DNA of 64,000 nucleotides from an uncultured Myxococcales bacterium (GTDB taxonomy: Bacteria; Myxococcota_A; Bradymonadia; REDH01), in the NCBI GenBank assembly GCA_965367675.1, contig CBDUJZ010000005.1, positions 5,027-69,026 on the forward strand, in the 5' to 3' direction. Position 1 is the first letter of the stretch, and the number at the start of each line of letters is the position of its first letter. Both the position numbers and the translations under genes were made by a program. Below, in pieces: positions 18,581 through 26,595 of the stretch. A model generated the notes under the pieces. The model ran no database searches. It was given only the letters and a program-made list of their open reading frames with translations, and was not told where the DNA came from.

Positions 18581-19666
18581 ATGACTCAAGAGATTCTCGT
18601 CGTTGACGACAGTCGGACCGTACGCACCGTGGTGGAGTGGGTGTTCCACGGCTCCCCCTACTCGATTCGTGCCGTAGGAACGGCGAGCGAGGCGATCCGC
18701 GCCGCGCGCGAGTCGCGTCCGGTGGTGATCTTGGTGGACTACGCGCTTCCGGACCAGTCCGGATTCGAGCTGTGTGAGGACATCCGTCGGGACCCCGCGT
18801 TGACGTCGGTTCCGATCCTGATGCTCGGCGGCACGTGGAGCCATTTTGATGAAGCGCGCGTCGCGGCCTGCGGGGCGGACGACTTCATCTACAAGCCGTT
18901 CAAGACGGACGCGCTGATCGAGAAGGTGACGGGCATTGTGGCGCGCGGAAAGGCGCGTCCGGTGGTTCTTACGCCGGCCGATCCAGTGCCTCACGTCCGG
19001 GCCGTCCCCCCGCTTCCTGGCGCGCAGATCCGACCGATGGGCGCTCCTGGCGCTGGCGTGCGCGGAACTCCTGCGGCAGCGCTGCAGGCCGGTCCGCCGC
19101 CGCTCCCGGGTCGTGCCCCGCAGCCGGCCGCGTCGCGCGGGATCCCGCCGGTGGAGAGCCATCAGCCGATCGCGACGCCGCAGCGCATGCCCGCGCCGCA
19201 ACCGATCGCGGCAGCGCCCGAGCCGATCGCGATGGGGCAGCCGCTTCCGGCGCCCGCTCCGATCGTGGGCTCCGAGCCGCTTCCGCTGCCCTCTCCCATT
19301 CGCGAGGCGCGGCCCGTTGCGGCGCCTCAGCCGGTGCCCGCGCCCGTCGCCCCTGCCGGTCTCCCGGACCAACGTTCGGGCGAGATCACTGCCGACGTGC
19401 CCGTGGGCGCGAGCGCGAGCGGCGCGAACGTGCCGGTCGCCGCAGCCGCAGCGATCCAGGTCGACCCGGAATTGCTGGAGCAGGTGGTCCGCAAGCTGTT
19501 GCCGCCCATCGTCAAAGAGGTGCTGGCCGGACTGCTGCGCCAAACCATCGGCGCGCGCGTGGAGAGCTACGCGACCAGCAAGATCGACGCCTTTGTGGAG
19601 CAAGAGCTCCCGGGTTTGGCCGAGAACGCGATCGAAGCGAAGCTCGCCGAGTTCACGGGCGAGTAG
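18581..19666 (+). CDS. romR: RomR-like polarity response regulator
   Basis: Receiver domain (ILVVDDS, VDYALP, KPF), long Pro/Ala-rich linker, helical Glu-rich C-terminus (ELPGLAENAIEAKL); immediately upstream of valS as for romR in Myxococcus. Confidence 0.75.
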   Translation: MTQEILVVDDSRTVRTVVEWVFHGSPYSIRAVGTASEAIRAARESRPVVILVDYALPDQSGFELCEDIRRDPALTSVPILMLGGTWSHFDEARVAACGADDFIYKPFKTDALIEKVTGIVARGKARPVVLTPADPVPHVRAVPPLPGAQIRPMGAPGAGVRGTPAAALQAGPPPLPGRAPQPAASRGIPPVESHQPIATPQRMPAPQPIAAAPEPIAMGQPLPAPAPIVGSEPLPLPSPIREARPVAAPQPVPAPVAPAGLPDQRSGEITADVPVGASASGANVPVAAAAAIQVDPELLEQVVRKLLPPIVKEVLAGLLRQTIGARVESYATSKIDAFVEQELPGLAENAIEAKLAEFTGE

Positions 19667-19835
19667 CACGGCGCGGAGTATCGCGCCTTCGCCGACCCGG
19701 GGGGTCCCGTAACACGCTGCTAGCACGGCGTTGCTCGCACAAGCGGCGTTTCCAGAACGTTGGCGTTGCCCCGTTTTGCCACTCGCGTTAAGCCCCGCGG
19801 ACGTATTTTTTGAGCGTCAGCAGCAGAGCGCGAGC

Positions 19836-22577
19836 ATGGATAAGAGCTACGATCCGAAGAATGTCGAACAACGTTGGTACCAACGCTGGCTCGATGGAGG
19901 CTACTTCACCGCCGATCCGACGAGCGACAAAGAGCCGTTCACGATCGTAATCCCGCCGCCGAACGTCACCGGTTCGCTCCACATGGGGCACGCGCTGACC
20001 AACACGATTCAGGACATCCTGATTCGCTGGAAGCGCATGTCGGGCTACGAGGCGCTGTGGGTGCCTGGTACGGACCACGCTGGCATCGCCACGCAGACCA
20101 AGGTCGAGGAGAACCTGCGCGCGCAGGGCATCGACCGCCGCGACCTGGGCCGCGAGGCGTTCGTCGAGAAGGTGTGGGACTGGAAGGAGACGTACGGCAA
20201 CCGCATCAGCTTGCAGCTGCGGCGCCTGGGCTCGTCGCTGGACTGGTCGCGCGAGCGCTTCACCATGGACGAAGGGCTGAGCCGCGCCGTCCGCGAGGTG
20301 TTCGTGCGCCTGCACGACGAGGGCCTGATCTACCGCGACGATCGCCTCGTGAACTGGGACCCGGCGTCGCAGACCGTGCTGTCGGACCTCGAGGTGAACA
20401 ACGAGGAGGAAGACGGCTTCCTGTGGCACATCGCCTACCCCGTTGTGGGCACCGACGACGTGCTCGTGGTGGCGACGACCCGCCCGGAGACGCTGCTCGG
20501 CGATACCGCGGTGGCGATTCACCCGGACGATCCGCGGTACACGCACCTGCACGGCAAGCGCGTCGCCCTGCCCCTCACCGACCGCACGATCCCGATCGTA
20601 TGCGACCCGGAGGCGGCGAACATGGAGTTCGGATCCGGCGCGGTGAAGATCACGCCGGCGCACGACTTCAACGACTTTGAGACCGGCAAGCGCAACAACC
20701 TGGAGCGCATCACGATCCTGGGCCTCGACGCGTGCATCAACGACAACGCGCCGGAGAAGTACCGTGGGATGGAGCGCTACGCCGCCCGCAAGGCGATCCT
20801 CGCCGACCTGAAGGCGCTCGGCGCGCTGGTCAAAGAGGAGCCGTACAAGCTGTCGCCCGGTCGCTCGGAGCGCTCCGGCGTGGTGGTCGAGCCGCTCTCG
20901 GTGGGCAAGCAGTGGTACGTGCGCATGGAGCCCCTGGCGGCGCCGGCGATCGACGCCGTGCGCGACGGTCGTATCGAGTTCCTGCCGAGCTCTTGGGACA
21001 AGACGTACTTCAACTGGATGGAGAATATCCGCGACTGGTGCATCTCGCGCCAGCTGTGGTGGGGCCACCGGATTCCGGCGTGGCACTGCGCGTCCTGCGA
21101 GGGCGTGACGGTGGCGCGCGAGGACGCGACGGCGTGTCAGCACTGCGGCTCGACGGACATCACGCAGGACGAGGACGTGCTCGACACGTGGTTCAGCTCC
21201 GCGCTGTGGCCGTTCTCGACGCTGGGCTGGCCGGACGAGACGCCGGACTTGGCCAAGTTCTACCCGACGACGGTCATGGAGACCGGCTTCGACATCATCT
21301 TCTTCTGGGTCGCCCGCATGATCTTCATGGGGCTGCACTTCATGGACGAGGTGCCGTTCTCGACGGTGTTCTTGCACGCGATGGTGCGCGACAAGACGGG
21401 CGCGAAGATGTCGAAGTCGAAGGGCAACGTCATCGATCCGCTGCACCTGATCGACGGCGTGCGCGCCGAAGACGTGAACGACGAGGAGCGGAAGAACTAC
21501 GCGATGTTGCTCGAGGACTTCCCCGAGGGCATCGCCCCGCAAGGCGCCGACGCGCTGCGCTTCACGCTGTCGGTGTACGCGGCGGCCGGTCGCGACATCA
21601 AACTCGATGTGCACCGCGTGGAGGGCTACCGCGCCTTCATCAACAAGCTGTGGAACGCCGCGCGCTTCGCGATGATGACGCTGGAGGACTACGAGGTCCG
21701 GCCGTTCGACGCGTCCAAGGAGTCGCTGTCGCCGGCGGATCGCTGGGTGCTGACGCGCCTGCATGAGTGCGCGACTTCGGTCGAGGCGAGTCTGCAGGAG
21801 TTCCGGTTCAGCGATGCGTCGCAGGCGTTGTACGAGTTCGTGTGGCACGAGCTGTGCGACTGGTACGTGGAGCTGTCCAAGCCCATGCTGTACGGCGACG
21901 CGACCTCGGTCGGCGGCGACCGCGCGGGTGCGCAGGCCACGTTGGCGTTCGTGTTTGATCAGGTGCTGCGCTTGCTGCACCCGTTCATCCCGTTTGTGAC
22001 CGAGGAGATCTGGGCGTCGCTGCCCAAGAACGACACCACCGAGGTGCTGTGCATCGCCGAGTGGCCCAAGGCCGACGCGATCCCATCGTACCCGGCGGAT
22101 GCCGCCGCGGTGGCGACGCTGACCAAGGTGATCACCGGCGTTCGCCGCGTGCGTGGCGAGTCGGATATCCCGCCGAGCAAGACGCTGCCGCTGGTGATGC
22201 TGATCTCGGACGACGCCACCGTACGCGAAGCGTTGGCCGGCATGGCCGACTACGTGACGCGCCAGGCAAAGGTCGCTGAGATCGCGGTGCACCCGACCAC
22301 GGTAGAGCGCCCGGACAACTCGGCGACCGCGGTGGAAGCGGGCGTCGAGATCGTCATCCCGCTTGAGGGACTCGTGGACATCGAAGCGGAGCGGACTCGA
22401 ATCCAGAAGGAGATCGAGAAGGCCGACGTCGACATTAAGTTCTTCGAGAAGAAGCTCGGCAACCCGCGCTACGTGGACAACGCGCCGGCGGCCGTCGTGG
22501 ACGCCGATCGTGCCAAGTTCGCTGCCGCGAAGGAGAAGCGCGCGGCGCTCGAAGCTGGCTTGGCGCGGCTCGGATAG
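19836..22577 (+). CDS. valS: Valine--tRNA ligase
   Basis: MDKSYDP start, PPPNVTGSLHMGH (HIGH), DWCISRQLWWGH, KMSKS, C-terminal coiled-coil arm. Confidence 0.98.
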   Translation: MDKSYDPKNVEQRWYQRWLDGGYFTADPTSDKEPFTIVIPPPNVTGSLHMGHALTNTIQDILIRWKRMSGYEALWVPGTDHAGIATQTKVEENLRAQGIDRRDLGREAFVEKVWDWKETYGNRISLQLRRLGSSLDWSRERFTMDEGLSRAVREVFVRLHDEGLIYRDDRLVNWDPASQTVLSDLEVNNEEEDGFLWHIAYPVVGTDDVLVVATTRPETLLGDTAVAIHPDDPRYTHLHGKRVALPLTDRTIPIVCDPEAANMEFGSGAVKITPAHDFNDFETGKRNNLERITILGLDACINDNAPEKYRGMERYAARKAILADLKALGALVKEEPYKLSPGRSERSGVVVEPLSVGKQWYVRMEPLAAPAIDAVRDGRIEFLPSSWDKTYFNWMENIRDWCISRQLWWGHRIPAWHCASCEGVTVAREDATACQHCGSTDITQDEDVLDTWFSSALWPFSTLGWPDETPDLAKFYPTTVMETGFDIIFFWVARMIFMGLHFMDEVPFSTVFLHAMVRDKTGAKMSKSKGNVIDPLHLIDGVRAEDVNDEERKNYAMLLEDFPEGIAPQGADALRFTLSVYAAAGRDIKLDVHRVEGYRAFINKLWNAARFAMMTLEDYEVRPFDASKESLSPADRWVLTRLHECATSVEASLQEFRFSDASQALYEFVWHELCDWYVELSKPMLYGDATSVGGDRAGAQATLAFVFDQVLRLLHPFIPFVTEEIWASLPKNDTTEVLCIAEWPKADAIPSYPADAAAVATLTKVITGVRRVRGESDIPPSKTLPLVMLISDDATVREALAGMADYVTRQAKVAEIAVHPTTVERPDNSATAVEAGVEIVIPLEGLVDIEAERTRIQKEIEKADVDIKFFEKKLGNPRYVDNAPAAVVDADRAKFAAAKEKRAALEAGLARLG

Positions 22578-22626
22578 CCCGCGTGGCACCGGACGGCTCG
22601 GTCGCTGCGGCGATGATGGGGCAGCG

Positions 22627-23388
22627 ATGACCACGCCCCCGGTGGTCTTCGTTGGACGCACGCGTTGGCCCGACGCGCTGCCCTCCATCAGCGCGCTGCG
22701 TCCGGCTGCCGATGAGCTCGCCAGCGGCATCGGTGCCCTCACTGGCCGCGGTCCCCGCCCCGCCGTGGTGGCCGTGACCAAGAACCAGCGGTCGATGTTG
22801 AGCGTTCGCTCCCAGGAGGGACGCTTCGAGGTCCGCGTGAGCTGGCGCCTGCTCGACTCACCGCAGGTGGTCGTCCGCGCCGTCGCGGCTTGGCGAACCT
22901 CCGGCGCGTTCACGGACGAGCTTCGCGACACGATCACGGGCCTGAGTGTCGGTCCTGCGGTCACTCCCGCGGTCGACGCGCTGCGCCCCGAGGGCGCTCG
23001 GCACGACCTGCGGAGTCTGCTCAACCACGCCGCGACATGGCTTCCGGAGTACAGCGCCCAGGTGGAGGCGCTGCACATCACGTGGGGGCGCGCGACGCGG
23101 GCCAAACGCTCCCTCCGGCTCGGGTCAGCGCGGCCGAGCGCAGCGTTGATCCGCATCCACCCGACGCTGGACCGCCACATCGTGCCGGAATACGTGACGC
23201 AGATGGTGGTATATCATGAGGTCTGTCACTGCATCGCGCCGCCGCTGAGTCCGTCCGAGGCCCGCGCACGCGGCGAGCGGCAGCGCATCCATCACGCAGA
23301 ATTTCGGGCACTTGAGGCCCGGTATCCCCAGCTCGACGAGGCGAACCAATGGGTTCGAGACAATTTCGCGCTCTTGGCGCAATCCTAG
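22627..23388 (+). CDS. SprT/YgjP(DUF45)-like zinc metallopeptidase domain protein
   Basis: IRIHPTLD...VVYHEVCH and HHAEFRALE motifs; start reassigned to ATG 22627 after the valS stop. Confidence 0.7.
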   Translation: MTTPPVVFVGRTRWPDALPSISALRPAADELASGIGALTGRGPRPAVVAVTKNQRSMLSVRSQEGRFEVRVSWRLLDSPQVVVRAVAAWRTSGAFTDELRDTITGLSVGPAVTPAVDALRPEGARHDLRSLLNHAATWLPEYSAQVEALHITWGRATRAKRSLRLGSARPSAALIRIHPTLDRHIVPEYVTQMVVYHEVCHCIAPPLSPSEARARGERQRIHHAEFRALEARYPQLDEANQWVRDNFALLAQS

Positions 23389-25100
23389 CAGCCGCGGCGC
23401 TTTCCGGCTGCCAGACGTGCGCCCCCTCCCCCGCTCCGGACGCTGCCGCGGATACGAGTGCGGGCGAAGGAACGAACGCGGGTTCGGGCGCTGGTGCGTC
23501 GACCACGCAGCCCACCGGCAACGGTGAGAGCGGCCACCTGGTGGGCACCGACGTCGAGGTCGAGGTCATCGAAGTGACCGACGAAGGCCCCCCAGCACCG
23601 ACCGTCCTGTTTACCGCCGGCCTCAAGGGCTACACCGAGCCCTGCGGTTGCACGATCGACCTGGTGCTCGGCGGCATCGACCGCGTGACCGGCTATGTGG
23701 ATGCGCTGCGCGCGTTGGCCCCCGCGTCGGTGGTCCTCGATGTGGGCAACACGTTGTTCGAGCACCCCACGCTGGAGGAGCTCTCGCGGGCGCAGGAGAT
23801 TCGTAAAACGGAGGTTATCATCGCGGCACTGCAGGCCATGGGGACCACCGCCACTGTGCCCGGACGGACCGACTTCGCCAACGGCGTGGCGTTCTACCGC
23901 GACGCGTTCGCCGACACTGGTATTTCGTTGCTCGGTTCCAACCTGACATTGGCCGATCAGCAGGCCGCGCCGCTCACCGTCCCGTACGTGGTTCAGCCGC
24001 TTGGAGAGCGAACGATCGCGGTGATCGGTGCCCTTGATCCCGCCCGATTCGAAGACGTCCCCGAGGTTGTGATCGACGACCCCGAGGTCGCCGTTGAGCA
24101 AGCCGCACGTGAAGCGATCGATCAGGGAGCCGACACGGTCATCCTGCTGTGGCAAGGCGACCTGCCGTCCGCCCGACGCTACTTTGGTGCGCTGACCCAG
24201 GTGGACTTCATCGCGATCGGCAGCGAGCCTCGCAACACCGACGAGACCGAGGCGATCGGCGGCGCGATGTCGCTCGAAGCGTACGATCAGGGCCGACACG
24301 TCGGACGGCTCAAACTGGTCTGTGGCACTGAAACCAGCGGCGTACCGACGTGGGTAAACGCGCGGGTCGGCAGTGACGAGGAGGCCGCTCGGCTGGAGCG
24401 TGTGATCGCGGGCCTCGAGGAGCAAATCGCGGGCATGGGCATCGCCGAGGGTGACCCCGTTCCACCGATCGCACAGCGTTTGGTGACGCGGATGGAGGGA
24501 ATGCGCGCCGACCTCGACGCGATTCGTGGAAATGACGCGCCTGTGTTCCCCGAGGATGCCTGCGCGTTCCTGTATCGCCCGATCCCAATGGAGCCGACGG
24601 TCCCCGCGCTGGCGTCGGTCACCGACGCGATGCGTGCGTACAACGACGATCTGCGCGCGCTCAACCTCGCCTCAGCCACACCGCCCGAGCCGGCCGCCGA
24701 GGGCATGCCGCACTACGTGGGCATGGAGGCGTGCGCGAGCTGCCACTCCCAAGCGGTAGAGACATGGCACGGCACGGCGCACTCACTGGCTTGGGAGACG
24801 CTCGAAGAGCGCGGAAAGCAGTTCGACCGCAGCTGCATCGGGTGCCACGTAACCGGATATGAGGAGCCCGGTGGCTCCACGCTCGGCCACACCACGGGGC
24901 TGGTGGACGTGCAATGCGAGCAGTGCCACGGCCCGGGCTCGATGCATGCCGCGAACCCGCAGCTCCGCGGGCTGCCCACGGGCGTGTTCATCGAACGTAC
25001 CGAGCAGACCTGCATCGGTTGCCACAACGACGAGCACTCCCCCCGCTTCGACTACGATACGTATCTGCCTCGGTTGCTCGGACCCGGCCACGGCCTGTAG
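23349..25100 (+). CDS. Lipoprotein: 5'-nucleotidase/UshA-like N-domain fused to tetraheme cytochrome c554-like domain
   Basis: Lipobox LSG|C; KGYTEPCGC..GGIDR, LDVGN; four CxxCH motifs (CASCH, CIGCH, CEQCH, CIGCH). Confidence 0.8.
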   Translation: MGSRQFRALGAILAAAALSGCQTCAPSPAPDAAADTSAGEGTNAGSGAGASTTQPTGNGESGHLVGTDVEVEVIEVTDEGPPAPTVLFTAGLKGYTEPCGCTIDLVLGGIDRVTGYVDALRALAPASVVLDVGNTLFEHPTLEELSRAQEIRKTEVIIAALQAMGTTATVPGRTDFANGVAFYRDAFADTGISLLGSNLTLADQQAAPLTVPYVVQPLGERTIAVIGALDPARFEDVPEVVIDDPEVAVEQAAREAIDQGADTVILLWQGDLPSARRYFGALTQVDFIAIGSEPRNTDETEAIGGAMSLEAYDQGRHVGRLKLVCGTETSGVPTWVNARVGSDEEAARLERVIAGLEEQIAGMGIAEGDPVPPIAQRLVTRMEGMRADLDAIRGNDAPVFPEDACAFLYRPIPMEPTVPALASVTDAMRAYNDDLRALNLASATPPEPAAEGMPHYVGMEACASCHSQAVETWHGTAHSLAWETLEERGKQFDRSCIGCHVTGYEEPGGSTLGHTTGLVDVQCEQCHGPGSMHAANPQLRGLPTGVFIERTEQTCIGCHNDEHSPRFDYDTYLPRLLGPGHGL

Positions 25101-25128
25101 CTACCGGCGCGGCTCCGAACTAGCGCCG

Positions 25129-25521
25129 CTAGTTGATCGCGTACGGCAGCGCCAAGGAGAACGCGGGGACCTCGGCTTCGAACGTCGACTGGTCGTCACG
25201 CCGGAACCCGAACGTGCCGGCCATGGTGCCGAACGACGTCTCCAGCGGACACGCGCTGGTGTACTCAAACGACATCCCGGGATCGAGCCGCGGCTGCTCG
25301 CCGACGACACCCGGGCCCTTCACGTGGGAGGTCTCGCCCTTGGCGTTGGTGATGACCCAGTGCCGGTGCATCAGCTGCGCAGGGGTCGCGCCCTCATTTG
25401 TGATCGTGATCGTGTACAGGAAGAACCAATGGTCGTTCTGAGGCGCGCTGCGTGCAGGCGAGTACTCGCTCCGCACGTCGACGCGAATCCCGTTGGTGGT
25501 TGCGCTCGCGGTTGTCGACAC
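25129..25521 (-). CDS. apaG: ApaG protein
   Basis: FLYTITITNEG, RHWVITNAKG, GPGVVGEQP, FEYTSACPL; GTG start at 25521. Confidence 0.95.
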   Translation of the reverse strand: MSTTASATTNGIRVDVRSEYSPARSAPQNDHWFFLYTITITNEGATPAQLMHRHWVITNAKGETSHVKGPGVVGEQPRLDPGMSFEYTSACPLETSFGTMAGTFGFRRDDQSTFEAEVPAFSLALPYAIN

Positions 25522-25664
25522 AACGATCCTAGGTGTGAGGGATGGCGGAACATACACCAACACCGCGTGGCTCGGAAGAGCATCGCTCCGGATGGCAGTG
25601 CCGCGCGCGTTGACGCGGATGGCGCGTCTCCGAGAGAGTACGGCACCCCCTTACCCCAACGCTC

Positions 25665-26510
25665 CTGAATCCAAGCATCTTTCGCGACGACCTCTTCGCC
25701 GGCAAGACGGCCTTCATCACCGGAGGCGGCACCGGCATTGGGTGGTCCATCGCGGCGGAGCTCCGCATGCTGGGCGCCCACGTGGTCATCGGGAGCCGCT
25801 CGGCCGAAAAGCTCGAAGCGGGACACGCCAAGCTGCTCGAAGTCGACGGCCCCGGCGAATGTGCATGGCACACGTGCAACATCCGCGATGAGGAGTCGAT
25901 CCACGCTGCCATCGACTTCGCCAACGGACGGTTTGGGCACATCGATATGCTCGTCAACAACGGCGGCGGGCAGTTCCCTAGCCCCGCGGTCGCCATCTCC
26001 GACAAGGGCTGGAACGCGGTCATCGACACCAACCTGAACGGCACGTTCGCGATGTCGAAAGCGGTCGCCACCCGAAGCATGTTCGACGCCGGGGGCGGCG
26101 TGATCGTGAACATCATCGCGCAAATGTGGAACGGCTTCCCGATGATGGCCCACACGGGTGCTGCGCGCGCCGGCGTAGACAACCTCACCAAAACGCTCGC
26201 GTTCGAGTGGGCACCGTTCGGCGTCCGGGTGAACGCCGTCGCGCCAGGCGTGATTCTCTCGAGTGGCGTGGACAACTACACACCGGAGTCGCGGGAGTTC
26301 TTCTTCGGAGCGACCGAGCACATCCCTGCCGGACGGCTCGGCACGCCCCGCGAGATCGCATCGGCGACAACCTTCCTGCTCTCGCCCGCCGCCACGTTCA
26401 TCACGGGCACGACGTTGCGCGTAGACGGCGGTGAGCCGCTGTTCGGTCACAGCGCGGCCAACCAGATGCGGCCATTCTACAAGCCGAAGCCGACGACGCC
26501 CTTCGAATAG
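25665..26510 (+). CDS. SDR oxidoreductase (citronellol dehydrogenase / peroxisomal trans-2-enoyl-CoA reductase-like)
   Basis: In-frame SIFRDDLFAGKTAFITGGGTGIG Rossmann motif upstream of the called ATG 25767; NNGGGQF, HTGAARAG; start probably CTG 25665. Confidence 0.85.
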   Translation: MNPSIFRDDLFAGKTAFITGGGTGIGWSIAAELRMLGAHVVIGSRSAEKLEAGHAKLLEVDGPGECAWHTCNIRDEESIHAAIDFANGRFGHIDMLVNNGGGQFPSPAVAISDKGWNAVIDTNLNGTFAMSKAVATRSMFDAGGGVIVNIIAQMWNGFPMMAHTGAARAGVDNLTKTLAFEWAPFGVRVNAVAPGVILSSGVDNYTPESREFFFGATEHIPAGRLGTPREIASATTFLLSPAATFITGTTLRVDGGEPLFGHSAANQMRPFYKPKPTTPFE

Positions 26511-26537
26511 TCGGCGCTAGCGGCCGGCAAAAACGTC

Positions 26538-26575
26538 ACGAGCCATGGAGCGCGTCACCGCATTCCATGGCTCGT
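26538..26575. terminator. Hairpin between convergent SDR and sucA (terminator)
   Basis: ACGAGCCATGGA...TCCATGGCTCGT 12-bp stem; T-run shortly after on the minus strand. Confidence 0.7.
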
Positions 26576-26595
26576 AAATCTCGCCGTAGCGACGA

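Noticed and set aside
19721-19735. Sigma54-like TAGCACG-GCG-TTGC upstream of valS
   Set aside because: Lacks the invariant GG at -24 and the spacing is one base short
19788-23180. 1130-aa antisense ORF over valS (also 9049..11844, 40488..43592, 61623..63776, 28153..29688)
   Set aside because: Shadow ORFs on the reverse strand of GC3-biased genes; no motifs, and they overlap confidently identified genes
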